Positions 45,833 through 54,266 of a DNA stretch of 54,266 nucleotides are shown one piece after another. A program made the translations under genes and the position numbers. How positions within the stretch are numbered: position 1 is the stretch's first letter; each line of letters starts with the position of its first letter. The notes under the pieces are model-generated. The model was not told the DNA's origin. It made no database searches and saw only the letters and a list, made by a program, of their open reading frames with translations. The stretch is from a virus. Taxonomy: Duplodnaviria; Caudoviricetes. Location: IMG/VR virus record IMGVR_UViG_3300010354_007082, positions 1 through 54,266 of that record; one strand, 5' to 3'.

Positions 45833-48800
45833 TTATTTACTTATCAAATCACGAAATTCTTTTTGTATGTCTAATAACTTTTTAACTTCATCATCATACT
45901 TTTGCTTTAGTTCTGCTACTGCTGGATCACCTTCTGGGAATGAATTTTTAGCTTCAAGCCATGCTACTTTTGCTGCTTTAGCCACTTCCAATTGTTTATT
46001 AAATCTATCGTTTACTATTTTTCGTTGAGCCAAGTCATCAAGAAGTTTTTGGTTTTGTTTTTCAAGTTCCTGTTGTACTGGGTCATTTTCAGGTGTAGAA
46101 CCAAATCTTGGAGGAGGAATCTTAGGATCACCCAACACATTTGTTATTTGCGTATCTAGACCTGCTCTGTTAAATGTATTAGTAGCAACTATAGGCATGC
46201 GTACAGGATTTCCGCCACCAAAGTTTAATGCGCTTAATGATCCTGTTAATTGAGCAACCGCACTTTGTGGTAAACCTAAATTAGCTAGACCTAATAATGC
46301 TCCTGGTGATTTTAATTGAGCATTACTTGGTAAGAAACTATTAGCTATATTAGTTAAATTGTTAGCAGCACCTAATATTGGAGTGATACTAGGGGCAAAT
46401 GTTCTAGCTGTAGCACTTAATAAGTTGCTTGGGCTTAATGCGTTTAATACACTAGTGCCTGTGTTTAATGCCGATCCAGCAACATTACTTACCCCAGGTG
46501 CTGTGTTAAATCGTATAGCATTATTAACTACCGCAGCAGCAACTCTAACCCCACCTGGCAAGTTACTCATGCCACTTGCTATACTTTGTGTAGCACCACG
46601 TAATGTATTCGTTAGTACATTGTTAGCTAAACTACCAAGATTACCTGGTGATAGTGTATTGCCCAAAACTGCGTTAGCGCCTGCTTGACCAGCTGCTGCT
46701 ATAACATTTTGTCTAGCAATAGCAAACAAGTTTTGTGGTAGTCCGGCTTTGAGTGGTTTAAATCCACCTAATATTTTATCAAACGCGGCAGCGGCAATTC
46801 CACGTGCTGCCATGTTTAATCCACCAAGTGATTGTATACGATTGGCTGCGTTTAAGGCTTGATTAATACCAGCCAATCCTTTTACTTTACTTTGTGCCAA
46901 ACTAGCAGCAAAAGTACCTGCTGCTATAGCACCCAATACATTACCATTAGCTCCTGCTATAGCTGCGTTAGCAATATTTGTAACACCTTGTACAGTACGT
47001 AATGTTTGTGTTACTTTGTTTATACCTTGTGTAGCACCTGCCATTACAGCACCCAATGATTGTACACTACTTTCTTTACCTGACAATACTCCAATTTGTT
47101 GTAATGCTCTTTGTGATTGTTGTAGATTTCTTACCACTCCAAATGCTTGACCTGTTACGTTAGTAGCAAGTTGTGTTAGATTTTGTACACCAGGTACACC
47201 TGTAAATAATGAACTTGGTAATGCTTGTTGTGGTGTTCTCCCGCTTTGTATTAATGATTGTACTAATGGGGCACTACCTGGTTTAATAAATCCACCTGCT
47301 TCCATTTGTTGTGGATTCATAGCAAAAGCACCAACTGCTAAAGTTTTGGTTGCCCCTGTAGTAATAACTCCTATTCCTTGTTTAACAGCATCTTTAGCAG
47401 GACCTGTTGCTGCGTCTACTGCCATTTGACTTACAGCAACACTAGTTGTAGGCTTATCAATAGCTTCACTAACAGCAGGAACACTTGGAACTGTTGAACT
47501 TGTTGACACTGTAGTTGGTGTGACACTACTACTTTGTGCTGCTTGATTAGCCTGCTCTACTGGCTGACTTGCTGGTTCAGGTAGATTGTCTGCTGCTGAT
47601 GTACTAACTTTAACATCAACACCTTGATTAGCATTTGCCCATGGAGCATGTGCTGGTGCTCTACTAACAATAGTTAATAACTTACCTGGAGCAGCAGCAA
47701 ATCCTTTGGTAGCATCACCTAATGTATCAGTTTGTGCTATAATTGGAACAGGCTTAACTTCTTTTGGTACATTACTTGATTTACCTGTATTAAGATTTAT
47801 TTTGGCTCCATTTACAAATGTATTAGCAGCACTGGCAAAACTACTATCACCTTTACTATCATAGCTCATGCTATCATCTGACTTTACAAGTATTTTACCT
47901 AGTGTATGTAAATTGTAATTTTGACCAACACGTTGATTAAATTCCTGATCGGTATTCATGTGAAAGTTTTCGCTTTGTATGCTTAACTTTTTACCTGCGT
48001 GTATGTTTACGTTATTATCAGCGTGTAGGTTAAGATCACCTTGCGTTCTAACATTAAAACTATTAGTTGAATAAATGTCAACAGTTCCCTCTTTACCTAG
48101 TTCAATATAACTCTGTCCATTGCTATGTATAATGAATAATGTTTGTGCGTCATCACTCATTAATATTTGATGACCTAACGCACTGCGTATTCTTACTAGT
48201 TGATCACGACCAATTAAGTCACCGTCATCCATTACAATAGTATGTCCACCTCGTCGTGCCACAACTCTTAATGAACTACGGTTTCCACTATCTTGTGCTG
48301 CTCCAAGTATACTTTCGTCAGTATACCCACCTTCATAAATAGGTCTCCCCGGTGTACTAACTCCCCAACCAACACGACTTGGGCTTTCACGTTGTGCGCT
48401 ACTACTGATTGTACCTCTAACAGGATCACGTATTAATCCTTGTTGTGTAAGTATAGCAGCAACATAACTGTGTATAGGTTTAGGAGCTGTGATAAAATCA
48501 ATACTATCAGCTACACCTGAATTATTTGTATTAATGTTTGTTACAGGTAATCTTACAGCACCACCATAGCTTTCAGCTTCACCACTGTTAGCAATAATAT
48601 TATCAGTAGCACCAATAGCAGGTACCATTTGTAATGTGTCGGGGTTAGGAATCGCTCCTAAATAAAATCCATAATTTTGATCACCGTTAATAAACAAACA
48701 AACAACTGTTGTTCCTAAGTCAGGTGGACTATTCCAAAAACCATAACTACTAGGATTTGCTTTATAAGTACCGAAACCAGTATCATTAGCATCGGGAATT

Positions 48801-49027
48801 GTTTGACCAAAGAAAGGACTTAAGTAACTGACTGATACCCAGTTGTTTCTATCATTTGGGTCTTTACCACTGTTATCACTTAGATAAACAAATATTCTTC
48901 CACTACGATTTGGATCAATATTATCTTTTACAACACCAAGTGTTGGCACTGTGCGAATTGGAGCTTTGCCACCACTGTCTGGTTTAGCAGATTGTAATGT
49001 TCCACTTGGCTTAAAAATATCTTCCAC
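45833..49027 (-). CDS. Baseplate central spike, gp5/VgrG-like, with long C-terminal extension
   Basis: OB-fold GVVKDNIDP.RSGRI.V...W...PPDLGTTV; beta-helix GHTIVMDD...GHQILMSD...SYIEL; RAPAHAPW; Ala/Gly/Asn-rich tail. Confidence 0.8.
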   Translation of the reverse strand: MEDIFKPSGTLQSAKPDSGGKAPIRTVPTLGVVKDNIDPNRSGRIFVYLSDNSGKDPNDRNNWVSVSYLSPFFGQTIPDANDTGFGTYKANPSSYGFWNSPPDLGTTVVCLFINGDQNYGFYLGAIPNPDTLQMVPAIGATDNIIANSGEAESYGGAVRLPVTNINTNNSGVADSIDFITAPKPIHSYVAAILTQQGLIRDPVRGTISSSAQRESPSRVGWGVSTPGRPIYEGGYTDESILGAAQDSGNRSSLRVVARRGGHTIVMDDGDLIGRDQLVRIRSALGHQILMSDDAQTLFIIHSNGQSYIELGKEGTVDIYSTNSFNVRTQGDLNLHADNNVNIHAGKKLSIQSENFHMNTDQEFNQRVGQNYNLHTLGKILVKSDDSMSYDSKGDSSFASAANTFVNGAKINLNTGKSSNVPKEVKPVPIIAQTDTLGDATKGFAAAPGKLLTIVSRAPAHAPWANANQGVDVKVSTSAADNLPEPASQPVEQANQAAQSSSVTPTTVSTSSTVPSVPAVSEAIDKPTTSVAVSQMAVDAATGPAKDAVKQGIGVITTGATKTLAVGAFAMNPQQMEAGGFIKPGSAPLVQSLIQSGRTPQQALPSSLFTGVPGVQNLTQLATNVTGQAFGVVRNLQQSQRALQQIGVLSGKESSVQSLGAVMAGATQGINKVTQTLRTVQGVTNIANAAIAGANGNVLGAIAAGTFAASLAQSKVKGLAGINQALNAANRIQSLGGLNMAARGIAAAAFDKILGGFKPLKAGLPQNLFAIARQNVIAAAGQAGANAVLGNTLSPGNLGSLANNVLTNTLRGATQSIASGMSNLPGGVRVAAAVVNNAIRFNTAPGVSNVAGSALNTGTSVLNALSPSNLLSATARTFAPSITPILGAANNLTNIANSFLPSNAQLKSPGALLGLANLGLPQSAVAQLTGSLSALNFGGGNPVRMPIVATNTFNRAGLDTQITNVLGDPKIPPPRFGSTPENDPVQQELEKQNQKLLDDLAQRKIVNDRFNKQLEVAKAAKVAWLEAKNSFPEGDPAVAELKQKYDDEVKKLLDIQKEFRDLISK

Positions 49028-49028
49028 A

Positions 49029-51269
49029 CTATGCTCCTGGTAATGTTGAACTTAAATTGGGGTCATTATCATCATTTGCGGTAGTATTTGACCCAGATGA
49101 TCTAGTTTTAATATCAGTTTCAGTAGCAAGTTTTTTTACAAAAGTAGGATCATTCTTTAATCCAGTACTACCTGTTGTATTACTTCCACTGGCATTAGTA
49201 CCCGGTGCGTTTGGTGTTTGTTGTGTAGTAGCTTCACGTTGACTTGAGCTTTCTTCAGCAGGATCACTAAATGTGTTAATTCTACAATCCAATACTTGTG
49301 TAAACTTACCATTACTAAAACTGCTAGTAACTTTAATAACGTGATAACTTACTCCCTGTATTACTTTGCTTACATTTTCAGGATATCTCCAAAATAATAC
49401 ACTACTGTTAATATCATATAATCCAGTATTCGTATTGTAATCTACACCTTCTTTAAAATCTATTTCAATAAAAACTTGTCCACCATTTGCCTTGACAGTA
49501 AATCCATTAGGTCCATAAAATCTATTATACACTTCTTGTACACTTTGCGGTAATTCACTGTCTGGCATTAGAAAATCAGGATCACCTAATATAGTAATTT
49601 TAGCTTCTGCGAATCCTTTTGGATCAAATAAATTTGTTAAATAAGCATTTTGTGCCTCAGCACCAACATCTAACTTTCCAATATGTGGTTGATTTTGACG
49701 TTGGTTAGCTTTAATAGGAACATCAACTGCTCCTCCTTTACCTTGACTATCACTTACTTCGGGCTTAAGTGCTACATTAAAAAAGGCAGTATTTAATACT
49801 TGTTCATAAAAAATAATTTCTTGATTTTCACCAGTATACCAATACTTGTAACGTTTATGTGGACCATAATATCTACTGCCAGGTGCTGTATAACTATTTT
49901 GTATCACTGGTGTTTCATATGGAGTAATAATGTATTTTATTTTCATAGCAAAGTCAGCACGACTTTCATCCCATTCCATATTACTAATCACTGCGCTAAT
50001 ATTATACCAACTTACAGTTGAAGGTTTGTTATTTTGTTGTTCATTTTCTGTTTTCTTTTCTAAATTGGGCTCGACATTTGTCGTATAAACAACTTTTAGC
50101 GCATCTAACAAATATGTACTTTGACTAATTATTTGATTAATAGCTTGAACAATTGGAGTAGTTCCCTGTATACTAAATGTTCTAGTTTGACTATTTGGAG
50201 TGGCTTTTAATGCTGCTGCGTCATTACTTTGACTAACATTAGTAGCTCCTGAACCTGCCCAAGTATATTTTTGTAAATCTGCTTTACTAGCAACTGTAGC
50301 GGCTTTTAACAAATCATCCATTCCACCTAAATATTCAACTTCATATCTATCAGCAATTTTTATTGCTTGCGGGCTTTGGTTAACTAAATTTTGTTGGTCT
50401 TGATTAAGTTTATCAATAATTTTTTGTATTGCTTCGTAAGCATTACTTGCTTCAAAGTTTGCTCCCAAATCAATCAATCCACGTTTTGTTCCAAACGCTT
50501 CTTTACTAGGAACACTTGCCGCTTTAATTTCATAAGTTACAATTTTACCAGTTAATTTAAACTTTACTTCAGTTAATGCTATATCATAAAATGTTTCAAA
50601 TAATCCATTATTGTTTGCTGTATTAACATTTAATGTATCTTGTGTACTATCAACTATATTACCAAGTTTATCATAACCAATAAATCTAAGTCCTAGTATG
50701 AAAAACTGTCTAGTTGGGTTTTGTAAACCTTTTTGAGCACGACCAGTGCCTGCTACATATGCCTGTAATGCGTCTTGGGCCTTCTTAAGATTGTTTATAA
50801 AACTAAAACCATATTGTTCATATACATTAAAACTTATACTAGTGACGTTTGTACTTGTTCCTGTACTAGCGCCTTGGACTGCTGATACTAATTTTAAATT
50901 ATCAATGTAATAATCAAACTCAAATCCTGGTGCTCTTTTTTGTGTGCTGTTGTTTACACCACCACTTTGTGCTATTAAATAAACACCAGCTTTTAAATTG
51001 GCACTAGCTCCTCCACTTGCGTTTTGAAAAGCATAAATGTTTTTTCTACCAGTTTGTATAAAAGCATCATATGCTTCAGGAGTAATCATATACAAACTAA
51101 TATTGTAAGTATAACTGGCAAACTGACTTAGTGGATTATATAACCTGCGATCAGGGTTACTACCACTTTTATTATTACTTGTGCCAGTATTAGTCTGTGC
51201 TTGCCCTGCTACTGTTTGTGTGTTCAGTGCTCCATAATCACCGTCACTTGATCCTACTAATCCTGTCAT
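49029..51269 (-). CDS. Baseplate hub-like protein (gp27-like position)
   Basis: NPLSQFASYTYNISLY, KRYKYWYTGEN, ITILGDPDF, Y.VIKVTSSFSNGKFTQ.L; sits between gp53-like and gp5-like genes. Confidence 0.6.
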   Translation of the reverse strand: MTGLVGSSDGDYGALNTQTVAGQAQTNTGTSNNKSGSNPDRRLYNPLSQFASYTYNISLYMITPEAYDAFIQTGRKNIYAFQNASGGASANLKAGVYLIAQSGGVNNSTQKRAPGFEFDYYIDNLKLVSAVQGASTGTSTNVTSISFNVYEQYGFSFINNLKKAQDALQAYVAGTGRAQKGLQNPTRQFFILGLRFIGYDKLGNIVDSTQDTLNVNTANNNGLFETFYDIALTEVKFKLTGKIVTYEIKAASVPSKEAFGTKRGLIDLGANFEASNAYEAIQKIIDKLNQDQQNLVNQSPQAIKIADRYEVEYLGGMDDLLKAATVASKADLQKYTWAGSGATNVSQSNDAAALKATPNSQTRTFSIQGTTPIVQAINQIISQSTYLLDALKVVYTTNVEPNLEKKTENEQQNNKPSTVSWYNISAVISNMEWDESRADFAMKIKYIITPYETPVIQNSYTAPGSRYYGPHKRYKYWYTGENQEIIFYEQVLNTAFFNVALKPEVSDSQGKGGAVDVPIKANQRQNQPHIGKLDVGAEAQNAYLTNLFDPKGFAEAKITILGDPDFLMPDSELPQSVQEVYNRFYGPNGFTVKANGGQVFIEIDFKEGVDYNTNTGLYDINSSVLFWRYPENVSKVIQGVSYHVIKVTSSFSNGKFTQVLDCRINTFSDPAEESSSQREATTQQTPNAPGTNASGSNTTGSTGLKNDPTFVKKLATETDIKTRSSGSNTTANDDNDPNLSSTLPGA

Positions 51270-51584
51270 TTAGATTCCTAGTACTGATTTAAGTGTTTCT
51301 AATTTTGGTACATAAATTTGTAATCCAGCAACAAAGTCAAAGTAAGGATCGTATCCCAATCTATTTGGATTTCTTTCAGCAAATACCCACCATAATTTTG
51401 GATCACCATATAAATCAAATGCTAACAAATCAGGTCTATACTGATAGGTTTCAGTCAATGTAATTAATACATCACTAGGGATAATTGGAATAGGTCTGTA
51501 ATTTAAAACATCTAAATATTTTGCCTCTATTACTCCCGTAGTATAGTATGGACTTGTCTGTGGATAAATTGAATTAATTGCCAT
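51270..51584 (-). CDS. Baseplate wedge gp53/LysM-like protein
   Basis: YQYRPDLLAFDLYGDPKLWWVFA.RN...G.QIYVP; start MAINS at 51584 via TAATG overlap. Confidence 0.8.
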   Translation of the reverse strand: MAINSIYPQTSPYYTTGVIEAKYLDVLNYRPIPIIPSDVLITLTETYQYRPDLLAFDLYGDPKLWWVFAERNPNRLGYDPYFDFVAGLQIYVPKLETLKSVLGI

Positions 51585-53071
51585 TACCAAATTCCTGGAT
51601 TGTTAAGTTTACTACCACGTAGTAATCGACCACTAGCATAATCTTTAAAGCTAAACCTATCACTTATGTCTTTTCTACTTACTACAGGCATACATGATAT
51701 TTGAATTTGTAGTTTTGTTGGTACATATGTAGGTTCTGTTGTTCCTGACTGTGGATTACTGAACACTGTAGGAGTTGGATTTCCTCCTGGTGTTACATTA
51801 CCAGGCAATCTACTATTAGGATTTGATTGATTGTTTGTATCTTTACTAACACCTGATAATGTTGTTGTTGAACTTGCTCGTATATAATCTACATCATTAG
51901 GTAAATTATATGTGAAATTCTGAATTACTAATGGATGTTGATCAAATTGAAATGCTCCAAATCCTTTTAAAAATAGCATTGGAGGAGGTGTTCCTAATTT
52001 AGGTTTTTCATCTTGTCCATAAAACATTTTTGTACAACTACGTAAAAAATGTATTACTGCTAATAGGTAATTCGCTTCATAAGTATCTTGTGCTGTAAAA
52101 TCACCAGTAATTTGAATATTCTCAATCGCACTACTTTGATACTGTAAAATTTTATAATTGCTATGTGTTAAACTCGTTGGATCATAATTGGCAGTATATG
52201 TAACGTTAACTGTTGGGGTATAAGGAAATATAATACCTTTTGTAGCAATTAATGGACGTAGTATACCAGGATCACTTGCTTTATATAGATATCCATTAGC
52301 ACCCGGTGCTAATGTAAGCCTAACTCGCCAATCTTCTTGTAAATTAAAATTAACGCTGTCTTGTAAGTCAGCCTGTGATCTTGCGCTAAGACCTTCTCCA
52401 GATATACCTTTTGTATTGCTTGTAGCATATGGAGCATTACCATCATAGTCATACCCATATAAATCACTATTAACAGGAGCAGCGGCAGCACTAGCGGCAG
52501 CATCATCGGCAAAACTACTATTATAAGCAGGGTCATTATCAACAGCAGGTGCTTCATTAGCTTCTGCTAATTGAGATTGTTGTTGGTTAAATGCTAAATC
52601 TTGTTCGTTTTGTGGTTCTTGATTGGCTTCAAGAATTGCTGAATCATTTTGTATAGGCTCAGTAGTTGGAACTGTTGGTGTGTTTGGATTTCCCGGGTCA
52701 GCACTAGCAGGTGGAGTATTTAAATTAGTGTTAGGTGCTCCTGAATTAGCTATTACTACTTGTTCAGAAGCATAATTATAATCACGTTGTGCGGCATTTA
52801 AATCATCACGTAATGTTTGTTCAGCATTTTGTGCAGGCTTTAAAAATTCTCTGTAATAATTAATCCTTGCGTTTCTAGCAGCTTCATACTCAGCTACCTT
52901 GGTTGGATCATCTTTAAGTTGATTTTCAGCAAATGAAAGTGTATTAAATCTGTCATTGGCATTTTTTAAATTGGTAGTGGCTGTTCTTAATAGTGGTCCA
53001 ATACTATCAATATCTTTTTGGGCTTCATCCCTAACCGTTGCCCAATCTCGTGCTGTTTGTTGATTTGCCAT
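51584..53071 (-). CDS. Tail tube initiator/baseplate protein (gp48/54-like) with N-terminal coiled-coil and low-complexity extension
   Basis: C-terminal GIIFPYTP, THSNY, FLRSCTKMFYG, GTPPP...FG...P.VI.NF.Y.LPNDVDYI, VPT. Confidence 0.6.
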   Translation of the reverse strand: MANQQTARDWATVRDEAQKDIDSIGPLLRTATTNLKNANDRFNTLSFAENQLKDDPTKVAEYEAARNARINYYREFLKPAQNAEQTLRDDLNAAQRDYNYASEQVVIANSGAPNTNLNTPPASADPGNPNTPTVPTTEPIQNDSAILEANQEPQNEQDLAFNQQQSQLAEANEAPAVDNDPAYNSSFADDAAASAAAAPVNSDLYGYDYDGNAPYATSNTKGISGEGLSARSQADLQDSVNFNLQEDWRVRLTLAPGANGYLYKASDPGILRPLIATKGIIFPYTPTVNVTYTANYDPTSLTHSNYKILQYQSSAIENIQITGDFTAQDTYEANYLLAVIHFLRSCTKMFYGQDEKPKLGTPPPMLFLKGFGAFQFDQHPLVIQNFTYNLPNDVDYIRASSTTTLSGVSKDTNNQSNPNSRLPGNVTPGGNPTPTVFSNPQSGTTEPTYVPTKLQIQISCMPVVSRKDISDRFSFKDYASGRLLRGSKLNNPGIW

Positions 53072-53089
53072 ATCAATGATCCTATTACA

Positions 53090-53097
53090 TATTTATG
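53090..53097 (-). promoter_or_regulatory. Late promoter-like CATAAATA heading the baseplate operon
   Basis: Intergenic, upstream of AGGA RBS and ATG at 53071. Confidence 0.6.
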
Positions 53098-53140
53098 ATA
53101 AATAAAAAAGCACTTTTTTACCCACATTTTACCCTAAATG

Positions 53141-53170
53141 TTGTGCCCTCCGCAACATATGTGTTATAAT
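53141..53170 (+). promoter_or_regulatory. Sigma70-type promoter for late sigma gene
   Basis: TTGTGC (53141-46), 18-nt spacer, extended -10 TGtTATAAT (TATAAT 53165-70). Confidence 0.65.
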
Positions 53171-53191
53171 ATTTCTAAAATAAAGGATTCT

Positions 53192-54088
53192 ATGAGTACC
53201 ACAAAAAAGCCTGTCAACTACCTTAATAATAGGGACATACTAAAAGAAATACACGAAAGCAAAAACAGTTATTGCTATTATACAAAACAAGAATACCATC
53301 ATTACGATTTAATAGTTGATATGCCTCAAGATACACTTGAGGCTTGTTTTAAATACGCACATAAACGTGATACGATTAAACAAGCAAAAGAAAATCGTGC
53401 CGCTAGATTATCAAACGAAACTGGCACAAAGATTGAACCAAAATCTATTCCAACTACTGATTTAGTATTTCGTGTTATGACTTGGGAACATATCCCACTC
53501 AGTCCAAAACTACAAAAGAAAACAGCAAAGAAAAAAACAGCAATTGATATCATGGAGTTTGATGATATTGATGAAGAAATCTTTGTTGATTTGGAAGACC
53601 CAACCACAGCAGGTGAGGTTGATGATATGGTACATATGAAAGTAAATTTCCCACCATTTCAACATTATAAAATTGATGATGAAGGAAGTTTTTATTGTGT
53701 AGGTAAAAGTCATTGGGTAGGTGGCATTAAGCGTGGTCATTTTAGCAAAGATCATGGAAATCTTACTGATAAACTAGCACGTATGTATATTATGTTATGT
53801 GAAAAATACGCTATGAAGTTTAATTGGCGTGGATATACATATAACGATGAAATGCGTAATTCAGCTATATTACAATTGACTTATGTTGGGTTGCGATTCA
53901 ACGAAGCAAAATCACAAAACCCATTCGCATATTATACAGCAGCAATTACAAATAGTTTTTGCCGTGTATTGAATACAGAAAAGCGTAATCAAAACATTCG
54001 TGATGATATATTAGAAATGAATGGACTTAACCCAAGTTATTCACGCATGAATTCAGGTATACGTGAAAAAGCTTGGTTAGAAGATTAA
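53192..54088 (+). CDS. Late-transcription sigma factor, T4 gp55-like
   Basis: NYLNNRDILKEI, NWRGYTYNDEM, FNEAKSQNPFAYYT..I.NSF.R.L..EK; start MSTTKK at 53192 after AAGGA; precedes gp47-like gene as in T4-like phages. Confidence 0.85.
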   Translation: MSTTKKPVNYLNNRDILKEIHESKNSYCYYTKQEYHHYDLIVDMPQDTLEACFKYAHKRDTIKQAKENRAARLSNETGTKIEPKSIPTTDLVFRVMTWEHIPLSPKLQKKTAKKKTAIDIMEFDDIDEEIFVDLEDPTTAGEVDDMVHMKVNFPPFQHYKIDDEGSFYCVGKSHWVGGIKRGHFSKDHGNLTDKLARMYIMLCEKYAMKFNWRGYTYNDEMRNSAILQLTYVGLRFNEAKSQNPFAYYTAAITNSFCRVLNTEKRNQNIRDDILEMNGLNPSYSRMNSGIREKAWLED

Positions 54089-54101
54089 TTAACCAATATC
54101 T

Positions 54102-54130
54102 TTGATTTAGTCAAACAAAAGATTTATAAT
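54102..54130 (+). promoter_or_regulatory. Sigma70-type promoter
   Basis: TTGATT (54102-07), 17 nt, TATAAT (54125-30); ATG at 54136. Confidence 0.7.
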
Positions 54131-54135
54131 ATTGA

Positions 54136-54266
54136 ATGGCAAATTTATTTAAAAAAGCAGCATTTTATACCGATATACATTATGGTTTAAAGAGTAACAG
54201 TCTACAACATAATCAAGATTGTGATAATTTTGTAGACTGGTTTATTCAAAAAGCTAAAAAAGAAAA
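54136..54266 (+). CDS. Recombination endonuclease subunit, gp47/SbcD/Mre11-like (5' partial)
   Basis: MANLFKKAAFYTDIHYGLKSNSLQHNQDCDNFVDWFIQKAKKE; DxH metallophosphoesterase motif I; runs off the window. Confidence 0.8.
   Translation, partial: MANLFKKAAFYTDIHYGLKSNSLQHNQDCDNFVDWFIQKAKKE

Noticed and set aside
187-50021. Numerous plus-strand ORFs of 60-123 aa in the ORF track
   Set aside because: All are antisense shadows of long motif-bearing minus-strand genes, with no recognisable motifs.
53138-53191. N-terminal extension MLCPPQHMCYNISKIKDS of the sigma factor
   Set aside because: Overlaps the predicted promoter; an AAGGA RBS supports ATG at 53192.
4922-53755. Short alternative-frame minus-strand ORFs (4922..5119, 21838..22053, 52309..52557, 53326..53607, 53510..53755)
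   Set aside because: Fully nested in or antisense to well-supported genes, with no motifs.
1-54266. Stop-codon reassignment as in some jumbo phages
   Set aside because: Code 11 gives dense, full-length genes including a 19.6-kb ORF; TAG, TGA and TAA all end genes at tight junctions.

Overview
AT-rich segment of a large T4-like/jumbo myophage genome, almost all on the minus strand, standard genetic code. From the right end: a divergent plus-strand pair (gp55-like late sigma factor and the start of a gp47/Mre11-like nuclease). Then a minus-strand baseplate/tail module (gp48/54-like, gp53/LysM-like, hub, gp5/VgrG-like spike, gp25, gp6-like wedge, a 6540-aa mosaic virion protein, two fibre-like proteins). 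Next, a tightly coupled ~17-kb glycan-modification operon: several glycosyltransferase-like proteins, a radical SAM enzyme, an SGNH protein, a cupin/nucleotidyltransferase-kinase/NTF2/AroE-like/KdsC-like/GatZ-like sugar cassette, a carbamoyltransferase and a 1171-aa repeat protein of degenerate GT-like units. Then an orphan BMP-family ABC substrate-binding lipoprotein, two small ADP-ribosyltransferase-fold proteins with T4-internal-protein-like leaders, and a circularly permuted (two-piece) tmRNA gene running off the left edge. Conserved TAAATA late-promoter motifs precede most minus-strand units. All product calls come from motifs recognised by eye and from gene context; no database searches were run.
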